Assembly: GCF_963921235.1 (NCBI RefSeq)
Contig: NC_086108.1
Coordinates: 57,600,001 to 57,664,000 of the forward strand
Length of the DNA stretch: 64,000 bases
Reading direction: 5' to 3'
Source: Mobula hypostoma
Taxonomy: Eukaryota
Shown piece after piece: positions 50,680 through 64,000 of the stretch. The notes beneath the pieces were generated by a model. The model saw only the letters and a program-made list of their open reading frames with translations, was not told the origin of the DNA and ran no database searches. The translations under genes and the position numbers were made by a program. Numbering within the stretch: position 1 is the stretch's first letter; the number at the start of each line of letters is the position of its first letter.

Positions 50680-51640
50680 AACAGATTCTGCAGATGCTGG
50701 AAATCTAGAGTTATTCACACAAAATGCTGAAGGAACTCAGCAGGTCAATCAGCATCTATGGAAAGGAATAAACAGTTGACATTTCAGAGACCCTTCATCA
50801 GGACTGAAAAGGAAAGGAGAAGAAGCCAGAGTAAGAATTAGAAGGGAGGGAAGGATTACAAGCTGGAAGGTGATAGGTAATGGGGTGCGGAAGGCATGTG
50901 AAATCAGAAGCTGGGAGGTCATAGGTGGAAAAGGTCAAGGGCTGAAGAAGAATGAAACTGACAGGAGAGGCTATTGGACTTTGGAAGCAAGGGAAGGAAG
51001 GACACTGGTGGAAAGTGATAAGCAGGTAAGGAGAAAAGAAGAGGTAAGAGAGGAGCTAGAGTGGGGAATGGAAGAAGAGGGAAGGGAGAAGGGAAAAATT
51101 ACTGCAAATTAGAGAAATCGATGTTCGTGCCATCAGCTTGGAGGCCACCCAAGTGGAATATGAGGTGTTGCTCCTCATACCTGAGAGTAGCCTGGCTATG
51201 GACCTGCCTACATGTTGGAATAGGAATGGGGTTTGGAATTAAAATGGCTGGCTTCTGGGAAATCTTGCTTTTTGCAAATGAAGAGAAGCTGCTCATCGAG
51301 GTGTTACCCAATCTATGTCAAGTCCTTCCAATGTAGAAGAGGCCGCATTAGGAACACCAGGTACAGAAGATGACTCCAACAGATTTGCTTCAGCTGGAAG
51401 GACTGTTTAGGGCCCTAAATGGTAGTGTGGGGGGAGGTGAATGGGGTGGTGTAGCGCTACTTCTGCTTGTAGGGATAAGTGCCTGGAGAAGATTAGTGAG
51501 GAGGGAAGAATAGAAAAAGGAATTGTGGAGAGAGCAAGGTTGCGGGGGGTGGGGGTGGGGGGGGGCGAAGGAAAAATGAGCTTGGTGGTAGGATCCTGCT
51601 CAAGATGGCAGAACTTGCAGCAAATAATGTGCTGGAAATC
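50680..51640 (-). mobile_element. Penelope-like element (GIY-YIG and 3' end), older copy
   Basis: Reverse-complement homology to 12450-13346 (ATLRYEEQHLIFHLGGLQADGTNIDFSN); hammerhead remnant at 50774-50805. Confidence 0.82.
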
Positions 51641-52154
51641 TATGTATGCTGGTTTCTCTTGGTTACCTGCAATCTCCCAAGTGCCAACTGATTTTTCCCT
51701 AAATTATCCTTTCTAATGTCTTATCACACCATTGCTGCTAAAATGGAAACTTAACAAAACTGTAGATACTGGAAGTCTGAAATAAATACAGAAAATGCTG
51801 AAAGATCTTAGCAGGTTGAGTGGAACCTGTGGAAAGAGAAACGGTTAACATTTCAGGTTGAAGGCCTTTTATCAGAATTGAGAAAGAGGGAGTAGAGTGT
51901 TAAGCTGACTAAACTGTACTTGGGATGTTTGCACATTTTTTAAACAAGGGGGTCACACTTGCACCTTGTTAATCATTCGGCCTATTCCTCAGATCTTGGG
52001 AAGATTAGAAATCTATTTGTTATTTTCAACCCCAGTTCCTTTTGCAAACTGGAATGCAAGCCTTCCAGACAGGGTGACTTGTTTACTCTATGCATAGCCA
52101 GTTACTCCTGCGTGTCCTGATTTTCAATTTCCACCCCATTCATTACTTCAAACC

Positions 52155-52752
52155 TTATCTACTTCTGATGCCGCCGCCTCCACATTGGTGAGACCCATCA
52201 TGAAATGGCAGATTGCTTTGTCCAGCACCTCCGCTACGTCCGGTCCATGGCCTCCACTTGTGCCACGATGAGGTCACTCTCAGGATGGAGGGACAACACC
52301 TTGTATTCCATCTGGGTAGCCTCCAACCTGATGGCATGAATATCGATTTCTCCTTTCAGTAGAAATTTGTTTCTCTCTCTGTCCCCTCTTCTTCTATTCC
52401 CAGTCTGGCCTCTTAACTCCTCTCACCTGTCTATCACGCCCTCACCCCCCACCTGGGTCTCTGCCTCCCTCCCTTTCGCCTGCGGTCCACTTTCCTCTCC
52501 TGTCAATGCCTTCCTCTCCAGCCTTTATCTTTCCTACCCACCTGGCTTCACCTATCACCTTCTAGCTACCCTCCTTCCACCCCCCCACTTTTTCATTTTG
52601 TCATCTTCCCCCTTTCTTTCTAGTCCTGAAGAAGGGTCTTGGCCTGAAAAGTCGACCGTTCATTTCCATGGTGCTGCCTGACCTGCTGAAGTCCTCCAGC
52701 ATTTTGTGTGTGTTGCTTTGGATTTCCAGCATCCACTGAATTTCTTGTGTTT
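52155..52752 (+). mobile_element. Penelope-like element 3' fragment
   Basis: CTCAGGATGGAGGGACAACACCTTGTATTCCATCTGGGTAGCCTCCAACC; hammerhead motif at 52622-52657. Confidence 0.82.
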
Positions 52753-52859
52753 ATTATCTGCTTCTGGTGATATTGTGTAAGTATTTTCTTAACTCTTTAA
52801 CACCAATTATAGTTTTTTAAAAAAAAAATGTTGGAGGAACTCAGTGGGCTGAGCAGAAA

Positions 52860-53265
52860 TTATTTATTTTTCAGCACAGAACAGGCTCTTCAGGCCCAAC
52901 AAGCAGTTCAGCAGCCCACCTATTTAACCCTAGCCTAATCATTACTAAATGACAATAAAAGGGGACTGTGTGTCCTCATAATCATAATCACAGGACCAGA
53001 AGACACAGCAGAATTAGGCCATTCAGCCCATTGACTCCATTCCACTATTTCATCATGTCTGATCCTGGATCCCATTCAACCCCACACACCTGCCCTCTCA
53101 CCATATTCCTTGATGTCCTGACCAGTCAGGAATCTATTAACTTCTGCTTTCAATTTACAATGACAAATTAACCCACTAACTGGTACGTCTTTGGACTGTG
53201 GGAGGAAACAGGAACACCTGGAGGAAACCCACGTGCTAATGGAAGGACGTACAAACTTCTTACAG
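52860..53265 (-). mobile_element. V-SINE-like element with a nested CR1 3' end
   Basis: GTCTTTGGACTGTGGGAGGAAAC..GGAGGAAACCCACG is the V-domain in reverse complement. Confidence 0.65.
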
Positions 53266-53992
53266 GGTAGCAGAGCTCACTGCTCCACTCTGCACTGAAG
53301 TAAGGGTTTGTGGACAGACTCTCTTTGTGTACTTCGGTTCAGAATGCTGTTTGCTTGTGTTTATTGTTTGCATGAGTTTTTGTTTTTTCTCTCTGCACAT
53401 TGGGTGTTTGGTCTTTTTTTAGCGAGTTCTTTTGGATTTCTTTTTGTGACTACCTTTTGGGATATGAATCTCATGGTTGTATAAAGTATACATACTTTAA
53501 TAAATGTACTTTGATCTTTAATATACATTTTGGGTATTATAATATTCTCCTTCCCTCTTCATCATATAAGGAGGAGGGCTTGCTTCCATTACTCTCCTCT
53601 TCATAAGAATCTATCTCGATTATGCTTGGCAATATCTCCTTCCTATATGGTGCTCATGGCAAAGTGGCTACAATATGATAGAAAACAACACATTCCCAGT
53701 ATCCTCATGATTTCTTGTGTCTGTACTTGAACCAGGTAAGATTGCTTAAAATGTCATGTCTCTTTAAAGACTCAATTTGGGCCAACAGGCTTATAGTAAG
53801 TAAGCCAAAAGAAAAGGTTTTTAATCTACCCAAATGATTATAAATATCCTGAAAGCTGTAGATATCTGTAAGGTACCACTGTAGCAATCATGCCTTCTTT
53901 TTAACCAAGTAGACTGGATGGACGCTCTAGGGCTGCTGTCTGTAAAACTTACGAAATTCACCTGTCCAGCAAAGAGAGAGAGAATTCAGTGA

Positions 53993-54130
53993 GGTCCTGA
54001 AGAAGGGTCTCGGCCTGAAACATCAACTGTTTATTTATTTCAATAGATGTTGCTTGACCTGCTGAGTTCTTCCAGCATTCTGTGTGTATGTTGCTCTGGT
54101 TTCCAGCATCTGCAGAATTTCTCGTATTTA
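53993..54130 (+). mobile_element. Isolated PLE 3' tail starting at the hammerhead motif
   Basis: GGTC-CTGAAGA-AGGGTCTCGGCCT-GAAAC-ATC-AACT followed by the family tail. Confidence 0.8.
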
Positions 54131-55139
54131 CAATGAGGGAACTTCTCCTTTCCCTGGATTCTACTTGAGCATAGGAAGGCCTGATTTCCCCTATTAGGGT
54201 ATCTGTGGATAAGGTGAATTTCTGTTTGGTTCTGTGGAAATCAGTGAAAGGTTACCTTTACCAAACAGGCAGAAAACTACAACACTCTTAGGCATAGATT
54301 TAATTAGTCCAGCTACCTTATTGATTTTGACTTAGCCATGGTTGAATGAGTAGGTTTCTCAGGTTTTCCCCTGACCTAGCCTTTAAGTTCCCATTAACTT
54401 GCTGAAATAGGTTCTAGTTTGTTTAAAAATTGTATTTTATTCAAGAGACCAAGGCACTTTCATGGATAGGGTCCTCTTCTGATAGTGTCATGACAGATCA
54501 ATCTTCACGCACATACTAGATCTGAGAGAAAGAGAGGAAACTCCTGCTGTTTAGGATGCTTAACCTGCTGTCTGTTGCTTTGCCATCTCCCAACTTTTTA
54601 AGGGGCCTGAGGGGATTCTTTCATTAGGAAATCAAGAGATTCCACATACAGTGGAAGTCATTCAGAGCCAATTTTCATTAATTTGTTCTTATTCTGCTTT
54701 ACTGGCAGAGAGGGGAAGGGAGAAACAGAATTCACTCCCAAAATTGATTGTGATGTATAGCGAGGGAGCTTTTGGTGATCATCAGTATGGGATGCCTGGG
54801 CAAGTCTTCCACCCTTTTGGTGCAAATGATGGCCTTATTTAGCAAGAACTCTACTACCTGGTTGTTTCTTTTAATTGCAACTTTTGTCTGCCTTTCTATA
54901 AAAATAGATTGCAGAGTAAATTGTTAACGAAAGCAAAATGGTTAGAAGGTACCCGAGATGAATACTCCTTTTATATTGACACTTGAAAAATTTGAAGGTA
55001 ATCAACTTGGTTTAATGTAACCAACTTATTTAACGTCTTTGGAGAAATAACATGCTGTGGGTGAAGGGGATACTATTCGAGGATTTCTAGAAGGCATTTG
55101 ATAAGGTACCACATCAGATGATGTTATAGAAGATGAAGA

Positions 55140-56085
55140 TAAGACAAAACTTTATTTATCCTGAAGAAAATTACTGTTGCAAGGTTGCTCAGTCAGAAAT
55201 ATATACTTTAAAATATGAAATGTAAGCACTTGGGTATGAAAAAGAATACAAAATGTGCATTAAAAAGTAATAGTGCAAAATACAGATGTGTAATGTAGCC
55301 ATATACTTGTATACTTAAGTTGAGTCGTGTAACAGCAGGGAGAAAGGATCTCCTCTGGTGTTCAGTGGTGCACCTCGGTGGAATCAGTCTGTTACTAAAG
55401 GTGCTCCTCTGTTTGTCCAGTATGTCGTGGAGGGGGTGAGAGGGAATGTCCATAATGCTCCACGGCTTCTGCAGCATCCTCCTCTCACACAACCACCAAG
55501 AAATCCAGTTCCACCCCCAGAACAGAACAGAACCAGCCTTCCTGATGAGCTTATTGATCTTGGTGTCAGCTGCTCTCACCCTACTGCCTCAGTAGACTAC
55601 AGTGTAGAAGAGACTGCTGGCATAGTACTGCAGACGTTGAATGACTGGAGCCTCCTCAGGAAACACAGTCGGCTCTGTCCCTGATGTACTGAGCTCCTGA
55701 ATTTTTAGTCCAGTCCAGTTTATTGTCCAGGTGCGTTCTCAGGTATTTGTAGGCCAAATCTGTTCCCTTGATGGAGATGGGAATGCAGGGTGTTTTCACC
55801 TTCCTCAAGTCCACCACCAGCTCCTTTGTCTTAGTGATGTTGATCTGCAGATGATTCAGTCCATACCACTCAACAAAGTTGTCCAACGCTGTTCTGTATT
55901 CAGCCTCCTGTTCCTAGCTGATACAGCCGCAACTGCTGAATTGTCCGAAAATGTTGCAGGTTGCAGAACTCAGAGTTGTATCTGAAGTCTGAGGTGTAGA
56001 CGGTGACCAGGAAGGGGGACAGGACAGTCCCCTGTGCTGCTAACCACAGTATCTGATACATAGCTCTACAATCTCACGTACTTGT
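55140..56085 (-). mobile_element. Rex1/Babar-type LINE 3' fragment inserted in CR1
   Basis: NFVEWYGLNHLQINITKTKELVVDLRK..YKYL..HLDNKLDW; INKLIRKAGSV..SHPLHD..RRSFLPAVTRL. Confidence 0.85.
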
Positions 56086-56089
56086 GGTG

Positions 56090-58230
56090 TAGGAGATAGT
56101 GTACAGATGTTTATAGAAAGTACTGCAAGTTGGCTAATAAGACAGTCGGTGTTTTAATAGGTCTTTTTCTGGAAGGCAAGATGTAACGAGTATGACTGGG
56201 ACCTAAACTTTTTACATTTTTTTTATATTGTAGATATAGATTGGGTACTGAAGTGTACAATTACCACATTTGCCTCTTGATAAGTACATTCATAAATGGC
56301 TTGGATGAAAATGTGGATAGGTCGGTTAGTAAGTTTGCCGGTTAAAAAGAAGTTGTTGGTGGTGTGGATCATGTGAAAGATTAGTAAAGGATACAGTGGG
56401 ATGTAGATGTGGGTGGAGAAATGGCAGATGGAGTTTAATCCTGTCAAGTGTGAAGAGTTGCATGATGAGAGATCGAACGTAAAGTTAATTGTAAAAGTGC
56501 TGATGTACAGAGGGATCTTGGGATCCAAGTCCATAACTCCCTGAAAGAAGCTGGAAAGGTTGATAGGATGACGCCCTTTCTTATTAATGCAGTTTTGAGT
56601 ACAAAAGATAGGAAGTTTGTTACAGCTTTATAAAACTCTGGTAATGCTGCATCTGAAGTACTGTATTGTATTCATTTCTGGTTGTCCCTTTGTTGCAATG
56701 ATGTGAAGACTTTGGACAGGGCACAAAAGAGGCTTACCTGAATTCTTCAGGGATCAGTGGACATGAGAGGTTAGACAATCTTGGGCTCTTTTTCTCTGGA
56801 CTGGTGGAGGATGAGTGGGGACTTATTAGATTATGAGAGGCATGGACACAGCAGACAGCCAGTATCTTTTTCCCATGTCAAAATGCCTAATATGAGAGTA
56901 CATGCATTTAATAGGAGATGGGGCAAGTTCAAAGCTGACAGGCGGGTAAGATTTTTCTTTATACAGTGGGTGCCTAGAATGAGCTTGGGGTGGTAGAGGA
57001 AGCAAATATGACAGAGGCATTTAGGAGCCTCTCAGATAGACACATGAATGTGCAGAGAATGGAAGGATGTGGACATCCTCTGGGCAGAAAGGATTAGCTT
57101 AGTTTGGCATCTGATTAGTTTGACACAACATCATGTGCTGAATGGCATGTTCCACTGCTGTACCTTTCTAGGTAAGAAAGTAAATTGTTATGAGAATTTG
57201 AAGGTATAGAGGAATATAGAGTAAAATTCGAATATACTGCAATCTGACCAGACAAAAATCCTTAATGGTTCAGCTTCTGAATCTCCAGGTAATTTTTCAT
57301 ATTCTCTCCAACTTTGCCCCTGATTCATTAAGGCCTGGACCATGTGTTGCCCCTAAACCTATTGAGTTGAATGAAATAACATCCAATTATCTGAAAATTT
57401 GCCAATTTGCCACCATCAAAATCCTGTGCGTGCCAGAGTATCAGAGTTTTAAGTTGACAAAAAAAGATCTGGGAAGTGAAGTATAATGGGCAAAAAATAA
57501 TAAAGTTGTCATCTTGTTATTACAATAGTATATTCAGCAACTGGTGAGAGATTTGAGATGCAGAGGGGGTCTTGGTTTCCTATAACATGATTTGCAAAAG
57601 GCTAGTGGGCAGGTAGTGCAAATATTTAGGAAAGTTGAAAAATGTTACTTTTTTTTGCTGAGGAAGTTGAATAGGAGAGTAGGGAGATTATGCTTCAGTT
57701 ATCAAGGACTTGATGAGACTAGACTCGAGTATTTCCTACAGAGTTTTTTTTATGAAGTGTGGGAATGAGGTACAAGTTGTTCATAGAAGGTCTGTTGAAC
57801 TAATTCTTGGAATGGCAATACTGTCTTATGAGGAAAGGTTAGACAGATAAGTTTGAAAGTTCTGAAGTTTTGGAGTTAGAGATGATTGCCTAAAATGTAC
57901 ATGATCCTAAGAGGCTTTGACAGAATGAATGTGGGCAGGTTTTATCCTCTCGTGCAACAATCTGAAATTAGGGTTCAATATCTAAGAATAAGGGATCACC
58001 CATTTAAGACTGTGATGAGGTGAAATTCTCTCCCTATGGTCCATGAATATCTGGAATTCACTTTGTGAAAGGGCAATTGAAGGTTAAATTGAATATTTTT
58101 AAGGCTGATGTAGATAGCAGCATGAAAGATGTCTATGGGTAGACTGGTATGCTTAATTGAGGTTCTATGATCTTTTTAAATGGTAGAATAAGCTCCAGGC
58201 CTGAGTGGCCTAATTCAGTTTCAGATTGAC
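56090..58230 (+). mobile_element. Nested CR1 LINE 3' fragments
   Basis: SKFA..K, W.EKWQMEFNPVKC and RDLGIQVH remnants; two CR1 3'UTRs ending near 57170 and 58230. Confidence 0.7.
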
Positions 58231-60291
58231 ATCTGTATGTATATTTGAGTGCTGACCCAATTTTGTCCTCAATGCACTTATAATGTTGCAATTTTATTAC
58301 AAGACTGCTTTCTACTTAATGTTAAATGTTAATGTAAGGTGGGTGTTTGCATAGATGTGGCATGTATAATCAGCGTAGAGAACAGAGAACTTTTTAAAGT
58401 ACATTATTTAGTTCTTTTAAGATGATAACCCCTCAAGATTCAGTTGAATGAGAGGAATGGCCTCATGGAACAGCAGCCTGTAACCAATTCATTTCCTGGA
58501 GACACAATAGACTGTAGATGCTGGAATCTGGATTCTGTGAGATGTCTCTTGGAATACAGATTAGACAACATTGAGATCAAAATTGGGACAGCACACGACA
58601 TGTATACTCAGACTGGTTATCTGAAATAGAATCCGAAAACATTAGAAACATTAAGATGAGGCAGTATCTGTGGAAAAACAGATAACTTCTCTAGTAATTG
58701 ACCTTTCAGAAGATCAGTTTAAAATATTAACGATGTTTCTCTTTGCACAGTAACTGAGTATTGCTAAGGTGTCCTTTTTTATTGTCAATGCTTTTACAGT
58801 TGTACGTTTATTCTCATTATGCAACTTGTGCTGACCTTGGAGCAGTTTAGTTGAATAGGTGGGTACTCAATCCGAGAAGTTAATTCTTGACATACCTCTA
58901 TTTCTGACAAATTTGATGCCCTTTAGGGTGATGAAGTATCTCTGAGGATATTGTACTTCATCCACCATAAAGGAATGTGAATGTGAAGCACCTAAAAAAA
59001 AAGATTATTAGCGAAGGCTCATTACTAAAAAAAAATTGTTTTTGTAAGACAGAAGTACTGCTTTCAACTTGATTAATGCTGGATTTGCAAAGCTACGACA
59101 TGTATATTCAGTACAGGGATCAAAGGTAACATTTGTTTTTTTTTTAGGTGCATTGAATTCATAGGAATTTATGTATAATTAATTCTGTTTTCTTGCCATC
59201 ATGTTGCCAGCTTGCCCACCCACATAGCAGCAGAATCTGCTTATTTTACTGTTGCTAAGAAACTGGTCATAGAAACCACAATGTGAATTTACAGAATTTT
59301 GTTTTGGTTTTCCACTTTGACTTTATTTCTGCTCAAATCCCCAAAATAGTGAAGGTAATTGGGGCAGAGGGAATAGTGTATGAAAGAGGGCAATGACCCG
59401 GTCAGATTTCAGCTCTCCTTGACCACATTTTCACCTCTTGAGTTAAGATTGCCATTTGGGAGGCGAAAGAGAGTTGTGCAGGAGCTTCAAAGACAAAGGC
59501 TTTAGAAATCTGCCAATGCGGAAATTTAAGAGGAAAAACAGAAGATATTTGCAAAAAGAGAAAGCAGGTTATCGTTTTGATTTAAATTAATTACTGTAGA
59601 ATAGTTACTGCTATGTTACAGGTAAGATGTATTAAAAAATTGCTGCCTTCATAACAAACAGGAGGCATGAATTGGCCAATCATAAATGCTGTTGTTGATA
59701 ATGTGCCATCTGTGCTTGATCAGGAATTCAATTCTTTTTATTGGTGGAAAGGAAAGTTCAAGGTCAAATTGGAAATTCAATTTTAATTTCTGTTTTTTTT
59801 TTATTAGTTATGTTTTCCTTCATTTACCTTGGTCCAATATTCTCAAAGTATCCTCACAAGCTTTTTATGGTATTGTGTTATTTTTCTAGTGCTTTCAGGA
59901 GGTTTTCAAAATTCCTTTTGTTTATGTCTTCAGCCATATCCCCAGTTCTTCCAATATTTGTGCAATAGACAATTCGCTTCCTTTGGCAAATCCTAATACA
60001 GTAATAACAGGGAGATCTACAGAAAATTGTCTTGTTGTGACATACTTGGGGATGGCAATCAAAACTTGAGGACTTAGATAGTTGGTGTTGGAGATGGTAA
60101 GTTATTATCTGTGCTTTCAATAAAGCATTAGAGAGCAATCATTTTTACACTGAATATCAGCAAGACCGAAGTTCTCTACCACGGTATTGCTGCTGCTGCT
60201 ACATTACACTTCCCTCTAGCAAGAAAAGTTCTGGGGTGACGCTAGGAAACATGGACTACTGTCCTCATTGAAGATGGTTCATATGTTTTAC

Positions 60292-60907
60292 TGTTATGCT
60301 CTATGTATTTCATTTTGTGCAGCTCTGTAAGAGCTGTTTGTTCTGCTTTCAGCCTGTTTGGGTTATTGTTGAAGATGAGGGTTGATGTGAAATGTGTGCC
60401 ATCCAATTAGCTGGAGGTTTTTCTTGGTGAGGGACAATAAGGTTGGTCTTGGGCTTTTGTCTGGGAGGAGATGAAGAGAGAAGATGCTGGGGAGAACTGG
60501 TCATAGCGTATGATCCAGTGGGAGACCCGTTTGTTGGAGATGGATTGCGAGTGACATTCGGAAGGTGGTGTGTGCTTTCACGTTGACTGAGGACCCAGCG
60601 CGTGAGTGACAGAGAAGTTCAAGATGAGCTCCAACTTGTGCACATTTGACTGTTTAATTAGAATGGGCCCTTTTCTTTTTGTTATTCTTTCCTAACTCTT
60701 CAGTTAAGATTCATAAATATTCCTTTAATCGTATGCAGTGCACTGTCTGTTATTTCACGCCACTAATTTGTAACAGCAGCAAATGACACAGCATCCACAC
60801 AAGCCGAGTTTGGGGGTGGGATCAAGTGCGCCTCAATCTCATGGGTTTGGCGGGGCCAGAGGTCGTCTTCCCTCCACTGACGTAGCCAAGGAAACCAGGA
60901 TATTTCA
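60292..60907 (+). repeat. Possible solo LTR
   Basis: About 615-bp GC-richer, CpG-retaining block beginning TGTTATG and ending TTTCA; no TSD confirmed. Confidence 0.35.
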
Positions 60908-61099
60908 TGAAATAGACTACTGGCTTCAATGTATCATCAGTCTTTGGTCAAATGAGGAGAAGGATATTTGAGATCAAGATTTCATATCTGTCAGATATCT
61001 GTTGTGGCATTTGGATACAATAGGGTCTTCTAAGAGGCTCCTGGATAGGCACATGGAGCTTAGGAAAATAGAGGGCTATGGGTAACCCGAGGTAATTTC

Positions 61100-62087
61100 C
61101 CACCTCCAACAGGATCCCACCACTAAGCACATCTTTCCCTACCCCCACTCTCTCTGCTTTCTGCAGGGATCACTCCCTACGCGACTCCCTTGTCCATTCG
61201 TCCCCCCCATCCTTCCCCACCGATCTCCCTCCTGGCACTTATCCTTGTAAGCGGAACAAATGCTACACATGCCCTTACACTTCCTCCCTTACCACCATTC
61301 AGGGCCCCAGACAGTCCTTCCAGGTGAGGCGACACTTCACCTGTGAGTCGGCTGGGGTGATATACCGCGTCTGGTGCTCCCGGTGTGGCCTTCTATATAT
61401 TGGCAAGGCTCGACACAGGCTGGGAGATTGTTTCACTGAACACCTACACTCTGTCCGCCAGAGAAAGCAGGATCTCCCAATGGCCACACAATTTAATTCC
61501 ACGTCCCATTCCCATTCTGATATGCCTATCCACGGCCTCCTCTACTGTAAAGATGAAGCCACACTCAGGTTGGAAGAACAACACCTTATATTCCGTCTGG
61601 GTAGCCTCCAACCTGATGGCATGAACATTGACTTCTCAAACTACAGCTAATGCCCCACCTTGCCCTCGTACCCCATCCGTTATTTATTTATTTATTTATA
61701 TACACACATTCTTTTTCTCTCTCTCCTTTTTCTCCCTCTGTCCCTCTCACTATACCCCTTGCAAATCCTCTGGGTTTCCCCCTCCCTCTTTTCTTTCTCC
61801 CTAGGTCTCCTGTCCCATGATCCTCTCATATCCCTTTTGCCAATCACCTGTCCAGCTCTTGGCTCCATCCCTCCCCCTCCTGTCTTCTCCTATCATTTTG
61901 GATCTCCCCTCCCCCTCCCATTTTCAAATCTCTTACTAGCTGTTCTTTCAGCTAGTCCTGACGAAAGGTCTCAGCCTGAAACGTTGACTGTACCTCTTCC
62001 TAGAGATGCTGCCTGGCCTGCTGCGTTCACCAGCAACTTTTATGTGTGTTGCTTGAAATTTCAGCATCTGCAGATTTCCTCGTGTTT
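61100..62087 (+). mobile_element. Penelope-like element (GIY-YIG and 3' end) inserted in a CR1 3'UTR
   Basis: FTCESAGVIYRVWCSRCGLLYIGKARHRLGDCFTEHL..RLEEQHLIFRLGSLQPDGMNIDF; TSD TAATTTC at 61093-61099 and 62088-62094. Confidence 0.92.
61954..61989 (+). ncRNA. Minimal type I hammerhead ribozyme motif, best-preserved copy in the window
   Basis: Stem I AGTC/GACT, core CTGACGA, stem II AGGT-CTCA-GCCT, GAAA, loopless palindromic stem III (AACGTT), GUU cleavage triplet. Confidence 0.8.
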
Positions 62088-62281
62088 TAATTTCTAAAGT
62101 ACATGTTTGGCACAGCATTGTGGGCCGAAGGGCCTGTATTGTGTTGTAGGTTTTTCTATGTTTCTGGAAAATGCATGAGTGTACCAGGCAGCAGCAAAGC
62201 CTGTGCTCCTATGAGCTCCTAAGACTACAGCATATATTTCAACGCATTGGATAATTACCACAAAGTTCTCTAAACTTTTTA

Positions 62282-62937
62282 TAGAACATAGAATAGTACA
62301 GCACAGTACAGGCCCTTCGGTCCACAATGTTGTGCCAACCCTCAAACCCTGCCTCCCATATAAGCCCCCACCTTAAATTCCTCCATATACCTGTCTAGCA
62401 GTCTCTTAAACTTCACTAGTGTATCTGCCTCCACCACTGATTCAGGCAGTGCATTCCACGCACCAACCACTCTCTGAGTAAAAAAACCTTCCTCTAATAT
62501 CCCCCTTGAACTTCCCACCATTTACCTTAAAGCCATATCCTCTTGTATTGAGCAGTGGTGCCCTGGGGAAGAGGCGCTGGCTATCCACTCTATCTATTCC
62601 TCTTATTATCTTGTACACCTCTATCATGTCTCCTCTCATCCTCCTTATCTCCAAAGAGTAAAGCCCTAGCTCCCTTAATCTCTGATCATAATGCATACTC
62701 TCTAAACCAGGCAGCATCCTGGTAAATCTCCTCTGCACCCTTTCCAATGCTTCCACATCCTTCCTATAGTGAGGTGACCAGAACTGGACACAGTACTCCA
62801 AGTGTGGCCTAACCAGAGTTTTATAGAGCTGCATCATTACTTCGCGACTCTTAAACTCTATCCCTTGACTTATGAAAGCTAACACCCCATAAGCTTTCTT
62901 AACTACCCTATCCACCTGTGGGGCAACTTTCAGGGAT
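62282..62937 (-). mobile_element. CR1 LINE 3' end, young (frame mostly open)
   Basis: SLKVAPQVDRVVKKAYGVLAFISQGIEFKSREVMMQLYKTLVRPHLEYCVQFWSPHYRKDVEALERVQRRFTRMLPG; (TTCTA/TGTTCTA) tail. Confidence 0.94.
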
Positions 62938-64000
62938 CGAGTCGAGAGAAGGTTAACCAGTTCCAGTGTACTCTTCCAGTGCAATGCCTTGAGTATAGTG
63001 GCTTTGGATACACTCAGATGGCTGGATTAGGCAGGACACATCATTCATGTACAAGCAGTTCCCAGCTTACAACAGTATTCTTTTTCTGAAAACTTATGAA
63101 TCTTAATTTCCTTGTAAGTCACAGTATTTGGGATAGGATCACAGAAACAGCTGTGATAGGAGAGAGAGCAGTGGAGGAAGAGCAGCCACCAGCTGGCCTC
63201 ACTGATTCAGTGAGTGAGCAAGTGAGTCTACTCAGTGTTCCTGGCTCTGCTTGGCTCAATCTGGCGCTCTATTGTTGTCGCATTATGTGCCGCAACATGA
63301 TTGTTGGGCAGAGCACGTATGCAGAAATGCGCTGTTGCCGCCCACCAGAAAATGCCTACACAACAGCTAGCAAATTCAACCTCAACCATCTCGTCTATCT
63401 CCTAAATAGTTGTCCAATATGGAGGTTGTGTTTAAATCAAGTCGTCATCACTCAGGGAGGCATTGTCTGCAAAATCAGAGACTTGAAGCAGGCATTCTGT
63501 TCCATGCTCTCTCAGGGAAGAGATTATGACAGTGGAAGAGTTGCCTTGAAGAAAGGCCACATACTGACTCCTGGGAATCCTTGGGGCATGACCATTCAAA
63601 GTGGAGGAAGAGCATTTGAAATGGTATTGAAATGGATCTGTAGCATGCAGGTCCAGCATCAGTGATGGAAGGAGTGAATCATTTCACAAAGTACCCTACA
63701 GTCTGCTCTTCTGCGTACTAATTGCTCCATCTGCAGAAGAGTCTGTGATTCCCACATCAGCTTTGTTAGCAGCTGCAGAACACACAAAACCAGTATGGAA
63801 GTAAGATTTCCCCAATTCCGAGGAGCAGTAGCTGCTACTTAAGCGCACAAAACAGGAGTTGAAGGCAGGACTGGGAAGATAAAGCAATGAAGGGTATAAA
63901 CAAAAGGATGAAAATTTAAATTGGAGACTGAAGATGGAACAAAATGTATCATGAATAGAACCTATTCAGAATAAAAAGGTGATGGAAATGAACTTTAAGG

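Noticed and set aside
63096..63665. 189-aa ORF as a host gene
   Set aside because: No recognisable domain or splice context, and the 3' part resembles old LINE-derived sequence.

Overview
This window is eukaryotic DNA dominated by transposable elements. The repeat families (CR1, Rex1/Babar, V-SINE-like, Penelope-derived tails) point to a vertebrate, most likely a cartilaginous fish (inference). I could not identify any intact host protein-coding exon, tRNA, rRNA or CRISPR array, and it reads as a large intron or intergenic region; nearly all informative ORFs are broken TE fragments. Main contents: a near full-length decayed RTE LINE (59-4212); a complete but internally deleted Ty3/Gypsy element with both LTRs, tRNA-Trp PBS and PPT (5840-9412); an internally deleted Helitron with a canonical hairpin-CTAG 3' end, STPR-like N-terminus and PIF1 helicase (about 11950-15518), carrying a Penelope-like insertion and a MITE; a full-length IR/DR Tc1 element (24805-26418); and many CR1, Rex1/Babar, L1 and Tx1 fragments and SINEs. 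The most notable signal is a set of about 12 minimal hammerhead-ribozyme motifs in two Penelope-like families, often in inverted (fold-back) arrangements, plus two weaker HDV-like ribozyme candidates in RTE-related 5' ends. There is one candidate + strand non-coding or 5'UTR exon (30595-30792). All calls were made by eye with no database search, and boundaries of old fragments are approximate.
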